Source: Saprolegnia diclina VS20
Lineage: Eukaryota
Assembly (NCBI RefSeq): GCF_000281045.1
Contig: NW_008246072.1
Location: 875,447 to 895,446, forward strand
Direction: 5' to 3'
DNA length: 20,000 nt
Shown here in pieces: positions 9,570-19,230 of the stretch (the first letter of the stretch is position 1; the number at the start of each line of letters is the position of its first letter). The translations under genes and the position numbers were made by a program. The notes beneath the pieces are model-generated. The model was given only the letters and a program-made list of their open reading frames with translations, did no database searches and was not told the origin of the DNA.

Positions 9570-10989
9570 TTAGGAGCAGGCGACGGGGCGGTGCGGGTGG
9601 TCCAAGTCGTCTTCGTCGTCGCCACCAAGTATACACAGCCGCGTGTACTTGATGTCGTCGTCCTTGAAGAAGCGCTTGGGTACATGCCCGTCCGGGCTCG
9701 TGCTGCTGTCAGTGCTCGAACACGACGCGTCGTCGTCCGGCAGCGTGTCGACGCTCAGCGCGGCCTCGCCTTTCATCACAGGCCGCTTGGTCGCACGCAG
9801 CACGTCGTGCCACGTCACTACTCCCAGGACGGCGCCTTGGTCACCAGCGATCAGCGCAATGACGTGCTGGTCCTGGAGCAGCGCATAGAGCTCGGCGAGC
9901 GGTGTCGACGCTGGCGTCGTCACGCACTTGTGCAGGCGCGTCACCTGGTTGAAGATGCGGTCGACGACGTAGACAGTCGAGTGGTGCACGTAAATGTCGT
10001 GGTCATGCCAATCCGGACAGCTGTGCTCGGCGTCCGCCGGAAGCTCGAGGCGGCGGCTCGTCGACGGCACGCAAGGCTCGGGCGATACGTCGCTGGCCGT
10101 CGTCACAGGGGTCATGACGCTCGCCGCGTCATGCGTACCGAGCTCGAGAATACCCTGCAAGAGATCGACCTCGGTCGTGCTTAGCCCTGCTGTCGGGTCG
10201 GCTTGGAACGCCACGAGCGCCTTGAGCTCGTTGCGCGAGTACGGGGCGTCGGCGGCCGAGTGCCCGACCGTAAAGTTGAGGAACACGGCAATTGGGTACG
10301 TGATCGGGTACGTGAGCCTACAAAGCATAGCATGAGACTCGCAGCCTGTACGTAGCTCGTACCGCATGAGAAGCTGCAGGAGCGGGACGCAGGCGGCGCC
10401 GATCACGAGCTGCCGCTCGCCCGTGCAAAGCGCCGTGGGCACAATTTCGCCAAAGAGAACAACAAATGTTACTGAGAAGACAACCGATGCGACCGGATTG
10501 ATGAGGGTGTTGAGGAACATCGGCAGCGCTTCGTTGGCGAGTGCATTCATAAGCACGAGCGTCACGAGCAGCAGCCGGTGGTTGCGCAAGATTGGAAGGA
10601 GCCGCGCGGCCGCCGCCTTTTGCCGTGGTACGCTACAGACGATATAAAGTGCCTGGAGTAAGAAAAATAGCAGCTTACCCTTCTTGCTCAAGCACAGCAA
10701 GGTGCGTTCGGTTCAGCGAGAGTACCCCGACAGTGAGGCCCGACATGGCGCCGGCGAGCACGACGAGGCCAACGACGCAGAGCACTGAGAGGATGTACTT
10801 TGTCGGGTCGCAGCTGTAAACCAGGTACAGGTCGTTGGCGCAGGCGTCGGCGGGCGTTAATGGCGCCACCTTGACGTAGATGTCGCCGCGGAAGAAGAGC
10901 CGGTCGTTGTCGAGTCGCTCCACGTGGTTGGCAAGCGGCGCCGCAGCGACCGCACCGGCGAGCAGCGAGAGCAGCCAGCGAGAGCTCAT
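9570..10989 (-). CDS. CNNM/DUF21 (ACDP/CorB-like) membrane protein with degenerate CBS region, about 442 aa. Exons 10989-10679, 10632-10363, 10317-9570
   Basis: Signal-peptide-like N-terminus (MSSRWLLSLLAGAVAAA). DUF21 motifs LAGAMSGLTVGVLSL, LLLVTLVLMNALANEALPMFL, VVLFGEIVP, YPIA, YSRNELKALV and EVDLLQGILEL...VMTP are present. Introns are 10678-10633 (46 nt, GTAAG..TAG) and a probable in-frame 10362-10318 (45 nt). Confidence 0.9.
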
Positions 10990-11517
10990 CGCAAATGCAA
11001 GATTGTCGACGACTTTGGCCGCGGCCCGTTTTGCACGAGGTATACAAACGCCAAGAGAATTGCATCCTCGGCCGTTTCGCTCGAACCGACGCCCACTTTC
11101 GAATGAACTTTTTCAAGCTTCCATAAAGCATATCCGACTTGGAGACACGTACATGCATGCGTCGCCTATGGTAATGCCTATGCGCGCAGGACCACCTCTC
11201 GCTGCATCATCCCGTTGAGATGACACGCATAGCAAAGTGAGCGTCGCACGCAAGGTTCTGTGCGCTACGGTAGGAAAAAGGAAGGTCTTGCCACGGACGA
11301 GGGAGCCGGAACAACAGTAAGAGTTGCTCGTCGTGTCGATGGTTGGGAGTTGCGTCAGGATGAGAGCCATACGAGGTATTTACGTCCCAGGTCGCGATGC
11401 AGTCGTGATGCAACGCGAGTAGTGGTGGTGTCAATAAGATGAGCTTCTTATTGTCGTGTGGTGTCAACTGGTTCTTCGCCGCCACCACCGTTGTCGTTTG
11501 CTATCCGGACCGGATAA

Positions 11518-11541
11518 AGATACTGGCCCAGATACTGGCCC
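11518..11541. repeat. Perfect 12-bp tandem duplication (AGATACTGGCCC x2)
   Basis: Read directly: 11518-11529 and 11530-11541 are identical. Confidence 0.9.
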
Positions 11542-11588
11542 GCGGGAAAGTGCAGTTGGGGCTGTGCGCGGGAGGCCGAGCGCCGTTG

Positions 11589-11620
11589 TGATTGGCTGGC
11601 GCACTTTGCACTTGCACTTT
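11589..11620 (+). promoter_or_regulatory. Candidate core promoter of the AlkD-like gene: reverse CCAAT box followed by an INR-like pyrimidine-rich element
   Basis: TGATTGGCT (11589-11597), then GCACTTTGCACTTGCACTTT (11601-11620) just before ATG 11625. Confidence 0.4.
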
Positions 11621-11624
11621 GATC

Positions 11625-12520
11625 ATGGCGCAGCGCAAGGCGTCTGCGACGACACTCCTCCAAGCCTTGGAGCAGCTTCAATCACCGGCGTTCGCCAAGA
11701 AGGTCGAGCGCTTCTTCCGCCGATCGTACTGCCCGACCGACGTCTTTGTGGGTCTTCGCGTGCCACAGTGTCGTGACGCGCTCAAAAAGTATTTGGCAAC
11801 CACGTCCAAGACTGAGCTTCTGGAGTTGCTCCGGGATCCGCGGCACGAGATGCGGCTCACGGCGTTGATTGCGCTCACCGAGGTGTACGAGCGCCCGTCC
11901 AAGGCGCCGCTGTGGCAACCGGTCCCCTCGCACGACGACGTTCGACTTGAGATACGTCGCGTGCTCCTGGCGCATGCCGCGTTCTGCAACAATTGGGATC
12001 TCGTGGACACGTGCTGCCACAAGATTTTGGGCCACTCGCTGCTCCATTTCGAGATGACAGCCGTTGACGCCTTCCTCTCTCGGCCGGTATGTATATGCTA
12101 TCGTTGATTAACGTTACTGAGCGAGTCCAACGGTAGGACGACATAACCCTCCTTCCAGACTGGTACACGGCGCTGCTCACGTCCAGCGACCTCTGGGAGA
12201 CGCGCATGTCGATCGTCGCGCTGCTTGGCGTCCGAGCCGACAACGTTGCGCTCTCGTACGCTATTTGCGCCTACCACCTCCGTCGCTTCCACGACGCACC
12301 AGCGCTGCGCTGCACGCTCAATGGCGTTGCTTTCGAGAGCTTGGACTTGATCCACAAGGCCCTTGGGTGGGTCCTCCGCGAAAACGGCAAGGAAGGCAAA
12401 GCTCAACTCGAGACATTTCTCGACGAGTTTGCCCCCAAAGCATCCAAGACCACGGTGCGCTACGCCACCGAGCACCTCCCCAAAGCCAAGGTCAAGCGGT
12501 ACGTTGCAATGGCGACCTGA
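11625..12520 (+). CDS. AlkD-like DNA alkylation repair protein (HEAT-like repeat DNA glycosylase family), 281 aa. Exons 11625-12086, 12137-12520
   Basis: Motifs FVGLRVP, HEMRLTAL, NNWDLVD, DLWETR, DLIHKALGWVLRENGK and TTVRYATEHL are typical of the AlkD-like/DNA_alkylation family. One phase-0 intron, 12087-12136 (GTATGT..TAG, 50 nt), joins the two ORFs in frame. Stop is TGA 12518-12520. Confidence 0.9.
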
Positions 12521-13747
12521 GCTTGTATGCTCAACCGATCTCCTTTGACGTCCAATAACAAGATTTTGTGGGCATTATATAGCATACTAGTAGTCTTTTT
12601 CATATATCAAAATGTACCAGTAGACCCGAACCCATCCAAAGTCGACTGTGGCCATGTGCGTATAGCGCACTCCGCTGCAGACGCAGTAATACTTTGTAAA
12701 AGGCAGAGCACGCCGCTGCTTCGAGCCTGTTCCCTAGAACTCTACATTCTACACTCCCTGTCAAGTATGCAAGATACCGTACGATTGTCGTGTGGCTGTT
12801 GCAGGATGTTGCAGCTGAACAAGGGCGATTTTGAAATGCCGCCAGTCCTTTCGCGCGGTATAGGACGCTCTTGAAGGTCTTTTTGTTCGCTTTGATGCAT
12901 CAACGCTGCGACGCTTGTGTAATCAGTGTCGCAGTACATGCGTTTGCACATATGAAGAGGTTGTCTTGGCGTCAACAGACGCATGCAATCGGCATGTCTG
13001 ACGAAAACCGACAATTTTAGCCTTCCTCCGACGTTGTACGCGAAAAGGTTAAATAGGCTTAACCACTATAACTCAAACGCGTGGTGATATACCACAATCC
13101 CGAAGCGCCACGAGGGGCAGCGCTTGCTAATCTTTCTTGCTGAGCATTGTCTACAACATGATGGTTTGGCTCTGGAGCTGCGTACGATGTTCCTATCTCG
13201 AGTCCGTTGTAGGAAAATTTGTCCACGACTTGTTTAACCAACTCAAAAACGCAGAGGTTAAATGCGCCGAGAACGAAAAACGCAGACGGCACTCGCCAGC
13301 CACGAGGATGCCCTCCGCTGACGACATCGTAATCCAAGGCGGCAGTGCGTCTGGGACGCCGGCTTTGAGCCTCCTTTTTTACTCGTCACGCAAGCCAGAA
13401 GAATAAATCGACTCCAAGGGAGTGCCACTGGCTCGTGCAACACAGATTCTGCGCCGGTGATCGGTCGCCTAGAGTCAACTCACGCATACTAAATGTATAG
13501 AATAGACTTTTCTGCGTATGCGGGTTTTGTCCATAGCAAGGTGACGGTTGGCTCGTAGCTGGGCAGCACAACCATATGTGTTGTTTCGATGACGAATCGA
13601 CATGCCGCATACATGCTGGCAGCGGCGCGTTGACGGAACGTGGCGATTTCGTCGCCGAAAGCCCGAGGCGCTCGAATACGATTGCTCGTCCTTGCCTCAT
13701 CAGCACGGCGATGCAGCAGCGAGTCACCAGTTGCATGAACGTGCAGC

Positions 13748-13768
13748 GTGTTCATTTTACAACTTGCC
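13748..13768 (+). promoter_or_regulatory. Oomycete INR+FPR-like core promoter element of ABCG copy B
   Basis: GTGTTCATTTTACAACTTGCC resembles the oomycete consensus GCTCATTYYNCAWTTT and is 18/21 identical to the element upstream of copy C. Confidence 0.6.
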
Positions 13769-16700
13769 ATGAGTCCCGCACCGCAATCGGCCGACGCCTT
13801 TCTGCAAGACGGCTCGGACGCCTTCCACGCGGCGCTCGCCACGCAGCTTGAAGCCTCGATGGGCAAGTCCATGCCGCAGCTCGAGATTCGCTTCCAGGAC
13901 TTTTCGATCGCCGCCGACGTGGCCGTCGCGACCAAGGATGGCCACGAGCTCCCGACGATATGGAACCACATGAAGAAGTCGTCGATGGGTCTCTTCCGCT
14001 CCAAGCGCTCGCTTCGCAAGGACATTCTGCACCCAATGTCGGGCGCGTTCAAGCCCAGCACGATGACGCTCGTGCTCGGCCAGCCGAGCTCGGGCAAGTC
14101 GTCGCTCATGAAGTACCTCTCCGGTCGCTTCAACCTGACCAAGAACATTTCGGTGGGCGGTGAGCTCACGTACAACGGCACGCCGTTGCCCGCGGTGGCG
14201 CACACGCTACCGCAGATCTCGTCGTACATGAGCCAGCGCGACTTCCACTACCCGACCTTGACCGTCAAGGAGACGCTCGAGTTTGCCCATGCGTGCAGCG
14301 GCGGTGCCGCCGTGCCCCAGCGCGTCCTCGACTCGCTTGAGAACGGCTCGCCCGAAGAGAACGCNNNNNNNNNNNNNNNNNNNNNNNNNNNNNNNNNNNN
14401 NNNNNNNNNNNNNNNNNNNNNNNNNNNNNNNNNNNNNNNNNNNNNNNNNNNNNNNNNNNNNNNNNNNNNNNNNNNNNNNNNNNNNNNNNNNNNNNNNNNN
14501 NNNNNNNNNNNNNNNNNNNNNNNNNNNNNNNNNNNNNNNNNNNNNNNNNNNNNNNNNNNNNNNNNNNNNNNNNNNNNNNNNNNNNNNNNNNNNNNNNNNN
14601 NNNNNNNNNNNNNNNNNNNNNNNNNNNNNNNNNNNNNNNNNNNNNNNNNNNNNNNNNNNNNNNNNNNNNNNNNNNNNNNNNNNNNNNNNNNNNNNNNNNN
14701 NNNNNNNNNNNNNNNNNNNNNNNNNNNNNNNNNNNNNNNNNNNNNNNNNNNNNNNNNNNNNNNNNNNNNNNNNNNNNNNNNNNNNNNNNNNNNNNNNNNN
14801 NNNNNNNNNNNNNNNNNNNNNNNNNNNNNNNNNNNNNNNCCTGAGCAGGCGCAGTACGTCGTCGACGCTACGACGTCGGTGCCGCGTACGCCAAGCCAGT
14901 ATGCGGACCTCTTCCGCATGTCGACCATCTACGCGACTATGATGAGCCACGTTGAGGGTCCGCACCACCCGCTTCTGCTTGCGGACGCGTCCAAGCACTT
15001 GGCCGAGATGCCGGCGTACCAAGTGCCGTATGTGCAGAGCACCAAGATGCTCATCGCGCGCCAGCTCAAGGTGTTTTTGCGCAACACGGCGTTCGTCAAG
15101 AGCCGCTTCGTCATGGTGCTGCTCATGGGTCTTCTCTACTCGACGACGTTCTACCAAGTCAATCCCGAGATGCCGGTCGTCGTCCTCGGTGTTATCTTCA
15201 CGGCCGTGCTCTTCCTCGCACTCGGCCAGGTACCGCTCATGCCGGCGGTCCTAGAAGCTCGCGAGATCTTCTACAAGCAGCGGTCGGCGCAGTTCTTCAA
15301 GACGTCGTCGTTCATTCTGGCGCAGTCGTTCACCCAAGTGCCGTTCGCCTTGGGCGAGACGCTGGTGTTTGGCTCGGTCATGTACTGGCTCTCGGGCTTC
15401 GTCGCCGAAGTCGGCGCCTTCCTAGTCTACCTCCTGCTGCTCTTTCTGACCAACTTGTCGTTTGCGTCGTGGTTCTTCTTCCTCGCGGTCGTCTCGCCCA
15501 ACCTCCACGTCGCCAAGCCGCTCTCGATGATGTCGGTCTTGATCTATGTCATGTTTGCCGGCTTTGCGATCTTCAAGGACGACATCCCCGACTACTTTAT
15601 CTGGCTCTACTGGCTCAACCCGCTCAGCTGGTGCATGCGCGCTCTCTCGATCAACCAGTACTCGGCAGGCGAGTTCCAAAAGTGCGTGATCAAGGAAGGC
15701 GGCATCAACTACTGCAAGCTCAAGGGCGACACGATGGGCAACGTCATGCTTGAGACGTTCGGCCTCGAGACCAAGAAGGTCTGGATCTGGTACGGCGCGC
15801 TCTTTCTCGCTGCATGCTACTTTGTGTTTCTCGGCATCTCGTACCTCGCGCTCGAGTACATTCGGTACGACACGGCGGCGCATGGAAGCGTGCACGTCGC
15901 TGACGACGACGAGAGCGCCGAGCACAGCAAGGGCGCCGACATCTACGTTGAAGTGCCCAAGACGCCCGCTGACGCCCACGCGGTTCCCATCGGCAGCACC
16001 GCGTCGACGTCGATTCCCGTGACGCTCGCGTTTGAAGACCTCTGGTACTCAGTACCCAACCCGACCAAGGGCGAGCCGGATCTCAAGCTGCTCAAGGGCG
16101 TCAGCGGCTACGCGCGCCCTGGTACGATCACGGCGCTCATGGGTTCGTCGGGTGCGGGCAAGACCACCTTGATGGACGTCATTGCCGGTCGCAAGACGGG
16201 CGGCAAGATCGAAGGAAACATTCTTTTGAACGGGTACCCGGCCACGGACCTCTCGATTCGCCGTGCGACGGGCTACTGCGAGCAGATGGACATTCACTCG
16301 GAAGCAGCGACGTTCCGTGAGGCGTTCCAGTTCAGCGCGATGCTCCGCCAGTCGGATGACATTCCTGCTGAAGAGAAGATGGCGTTTGCGGAAGAGTGCC
16401 TGGACATTTTGGACATGAAGGCCCTCGGCGACACCATCATTCGTGGCGCGTCCGTCGAGCAGATGAAGCGCTTGACGATCGGTGTTGAGCTCGCGGCAGC
16501 GCCGTCGGTGCTTTTCCTCGATGAACCGACGTCCGGTCTTGACGCTCGCTCGGCCAAGATCATCATGACGGGCATTCGCAAGATCGCGTCGACGGGCCGC
16601 ACGGTCGTCTGCACGATCCACCAGCCGTCGACGGAAGTGTTTGAGATGTTTGACTCGCTCCTCCTCCTCAAGCGCGGTGGCGAGACCGTCTTCTTTGGCG

Positions 16701-17854
16701 ACCTCGGCGCAAGTGCGAGTCATCTGATCAACTACTTCAAGTCGATTCCCAACACGCCGGCTCTTCTTCCGACGGCCAACCCGGCGACGTGGATGCTCGA
16801 AGTCATTGGTGCCGGTGTCGAAGCCAAGCAGGGCGGCGGCGCGCCCACGGACTTTGTGCAGGCGTTCATGCAGAGCCACGAGCGCCAGCTTCTTGTCTCG
16901 GAGCTTGCGCACCACACGCAGCCGCATGCATCGATCCCGGAGCTCACGTTTGCCAACAAGCGCGCGGCGTCGTCGTCGACGCAGTTCAAGATGGTCACGC
17001 AGCGCTGGTTCCGCATCTATTGGCGCACGCCGTCGTACAACTACACGCGCGGGCTCATGTCGATCTTTCTCGCTGTCCTCTTTGGTCTTGTCTTCCGCGG
17101 CATCGACTACGCCACGTACTCGGGTGCGACTGGCGGCGTCGGCATGATCTTCATGACGTCGCTCTTCATCGGTTTGATCTCGTTCAACAGTGTCCTCCCA
17201 ATCGCCGCCGAAGAGCGCGCGTCGTTCTACCGCGAGCGCGCCTCGCAGACGTACAACGCGCTCTGGTACTTTGTCGGCTCGACGCTCGCCGAGATCCCGT
17301 ATGTGTTTGTGACGACCTTCGTCTTCACGATCATCTACTACCCGTTTGTCGGTCTCAACGAGTCGGTCGGCGCATGCCTCTTCTACGGCCTCAACCTCTC
17401 GCTCCTCGTCTTGATGAACGTCTACTTGGGCCAGTTGATGGTGTACGCAACGCCCCGTGTCGAGGTCGCCGCGCTCATGGGTGTCCTCCTCAACTCGATC
17501 TTCTTCCTCTTCATGGGCTACAACCCGCCGGCGTCGCAGATCCCGTCGGGGTATCGCTGGCTGTACACCATTACGCCGCCCAAGTACTCGCTTGCGATTT
17601 TGACGGCCGAGACGTTCTCCAAGTGCACGGGCGACATGACGCAGCTCGGGTGCAACATCATGACGGGCGTGCCCCAGAGCATCCTCCACGAGATGAACAA
17701 GACCGAGATCCGCATCAAGGACTACGTCGAGTACATTTACGAGATGAAGATCGACGACAAGCAGATGAACATTTGGGTCGTCGTCGGCTGCATCGTGCTC
17801 TTCCGCGTCCTCGCACTCCTCTGTCTCCGCTACGTCAACCACCAGAAGCGGTAA
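13769..17854 (+). CDS. Full-length ABCG/PDR-type ABC transporter, copy B, about 1356 aa; contains an assembly gap
   Basis: ATG 13769 (MSPAPQSADAFLQDGS). Walker A GQPSSGKS in NBD1; NBD2 has GSSGAGKT, GASVEQMKRLTIGVEL and LFLDEPTSGLD. Two TMDs; ends LRYVNHQKR*. Collinear with copy A throughout. Confidence 0.96.
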   Translation: MSPAPQSADAFLQDGSDAFHAALATQLEASMGKSMPQLEIRFQDFSIAADVAVATKDGHELPTIWNHMKKSSMGLFRSKRSLRKDILHPMSGAFKPSTMTLVLGQPSSGKSSLMKYLSGRFNLTKNISVGGELTYNGTPLPAVAHTLPQISSYMSQRDFHYPTLTVKETLEFAHACSGGAAVPQRVLDSLENGSPEENXXXXXXXXXXXXXXXXXXXXXXXXXXXXXXXXXXXXXXXXXXXXXXXXXXXXXXXXXXXXXXXXXXXXXXXXXXXXXXXXXXXXXXXXXXXXXXXXXXXXXXXXXXXXXXXXXXXXXXXXXXXXXXXXXXXXXXXXXXXXXXXXXXXXXXXXXXXXXXXPEQAQYVVDATTSVPRTPSQYADLFRMSTIYATMMSHVEGPHHPLLLADASKHLAEMPAYQVPYVQSTKMLIARQLKVFLRNTAFVKSRFVMVLLMGLLYSTTFYQVNPEMPVVVLGVIFTAVLFLALGQVPLMPAVLEAREIFYKQRSAQFFKTSSFILAQSFTQVPFALGETLVFGSVMYWLSGFVAEVGAFLVYLLLLFLTNLSFASWFFFLAVVSPNLHVAKPLSMMSVLIYVMFAGFAIFKDDIPDYFIWLYWLNPLSWCMRALSINQYSAGEFQKCVIKEGGINYCKLKGDTMGNVMLETFGLETKKVWIWYGALFLAACYFVFLGISYLALEYIRYDTAAHGSVHVADDDESAEHSKGADIYVEVPKTPADAHAVPIGSTASTSIPVTLAFEDLWYSVPNPTKGEPDLKLLKGVSGYARPGTITALMGSSGAGKTTLMDVIAGRKTGGKIEGNILLNGYPATDLSIRRATGYCEQMDIHSEAATFREAFQFSAMLRQSDDIPAEEKMAFAEECLDILDMKALGDTIIRGASVEQMKRLTIGVELAAAPSVLFLDEPTSGLDARSAKIIMTGIRKIASTGRTVVCTIHQPSTEVFEMFDSLLLLKRGGETVFFGDLGASASHLINYFKSIPNTPALLPTANPATWMLEVIGAGVEAKQGGGAPTDFVQAFMQSHERQLLVSELAHHTQPHASIPELTFANKRAASSSTQFKMVTQRWFRIYWRTPSYNYTRGLMSIFLAVLFGLVFRGIDYATYSGATGGVGMIFMTSLFIGLISFNSVLPIAAEERASFYRERASQTYNALWYFVGSTLAEIPYVFVTTFVFTIIYYPFVGLNESVGACLFYGLNLSLLVLMNVYLGQLMVYATPRVEVAALMGVLLNSIFFLFMGYNPPASQIPSGYRWLYTITPPKYSLAILTAETFSKCTGDMTQLGCNIMTGVPQSILHEMNKTEIRIKDYVEYIYEMKIDDKQMNIWVVVGCIVLFRVLALLCLRYVNHQKR
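14365..14839. other. Assembly gap (475 N) inside ABCG copy B
   Basis: Run of N. The equivalent segment in copy A (7565-8024) is 460 nt. Confidence 0.98.
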
Positions 17855-19193
17855 AGGGATGTGGCCAACTTGTGTTTTCTACATCCAAAACAATTACAAT
17901 TAAAAATGAAGTTTGCATCTAAAGCTTTGAACGTGGATGCTTTGGCATGGGACCGATACTAGTGTTGACGAGCCATCGTGGACCGTGTTCTGTGTGTCGT
18001 GCAAACTTTCATGGAAAACTCTGGAGATTGTGGGCTTGGAGCGGAACATGAACCCAAGATGGTGCCTGAGATGGCAGTGGATGCGCTCCAATACCTCAAG
18101 GGCACATAAAATCAACGCGGTCGACGTCAACGAGCGCTGGGCTGAGGCAGTGCAACCCTCATGGATATTTACGTATGGTGTTTATGGACAGCCAATGCCA
18201 TACTTTGTTGCATGCTATGGATTTGATATCAACACCACAGAGCGGCTTCACTAGAAAATGCAGAAGAATAGAAGGGTACATATATGTATACTCACGTCTT
18301 TGGCATATCAATGCCGTGAGAATATATACCCTGATGAGCACAAGGCAGCTCGCTTTCATCTCACCAAAATACGTCCTTCAAAAGGAGCGATCCTGTCACT
18401 TTATATATGGATGCATTGGATGATCTATACGCGGACATTATGGACATTCTTGACGAAACGACCATGTCGGGATGTGCAGACGCTGAATACATATGGTCCT
18501 TTCGGAGGTGCCGGATTCGGTCGTTGGAGCAGTACTTTGCTGATTCTGCGCTTCAGAGCGCCAAAGACTCGCCACAAATGCCATCAAAGACAAGGAGCCG
18601 ATCGACTATCTCGAAAATTGCAGTGCAACGCGCATAGAATTGATTGCTGCTACGTAAGCGCCTCGGACACTTCCGCCGTCACACCACCAGTCCTCCACAA
18701 GGCGCGCGGATCGTAGAAAGCTCACCTCACCATGCGATACCAACCACCAGCAACCGCCACACGCGTCCAAAAGACACTGCTCTCCATTCTACCGCCTGTG
18801 GTTCTAGCTGCTCCAAATGGAGGTGCTGCGCCGCCTGAAAAGCGTAGCTTGTCGGCGTGGTCAGAAGTCGATCGCTTTCATGATCCGCCGCTGGATTGCT
18901 TGCACGTCCGCTCCCCGTGGTAGTACTTGCGCGACACAGTACGGGACATGTGCACTGTGTTGGTGCATAAAACTGCCTTCGATTTGGCGCCGTTCCGGCA
19001 CTCAACTGACCTTGCACCGACCTCGTAACGTGGTTTTGCGACCAATGCAACCACGTGGCGGCCCGTGTTGACGATCGAGCGCGGCTCCGTCATAACGCAT
19101 GACACATACGCACTCATCGTTTGCATAGCGTTGTGGTGTCGCAGTCGTGCAGGTGCTTTTCTGCGCGGCCGCCATTGTCGCTGCCTCGCGTTG

Positions 19194-19214
19194 GTGTTCA
19201 TTTGCCAATTTGCC
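19194..19214 (+). promoter_or_regulatory. Oomycete INR+FPR-like core promoter element of ABCG copy C
   Basis: GTGTTCATTTGCCAATTTGCC ends 16 nt before ATG 19231 and matches the TCATTT...AATTTGC INR/FPR pattern. Confidence 0.65.
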
Positions 19215-19230
19215 GACCCACACAGACATT

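Noticed and set aside
11113..11488. Short ORFs in the CNNM/AlkD spacer
   Set aside because: No recognisable motifs or consistent codon bias. The region is better explained as a divergent promoter.
13137..13406. 89-aa ORF with a vaguely Crinkler-like start (MVWLWSCV)
   Set aside because: No LxLFLAK/LYLAK or HVLVxxP motif, and codon usage is unlike the neighbouring genes.
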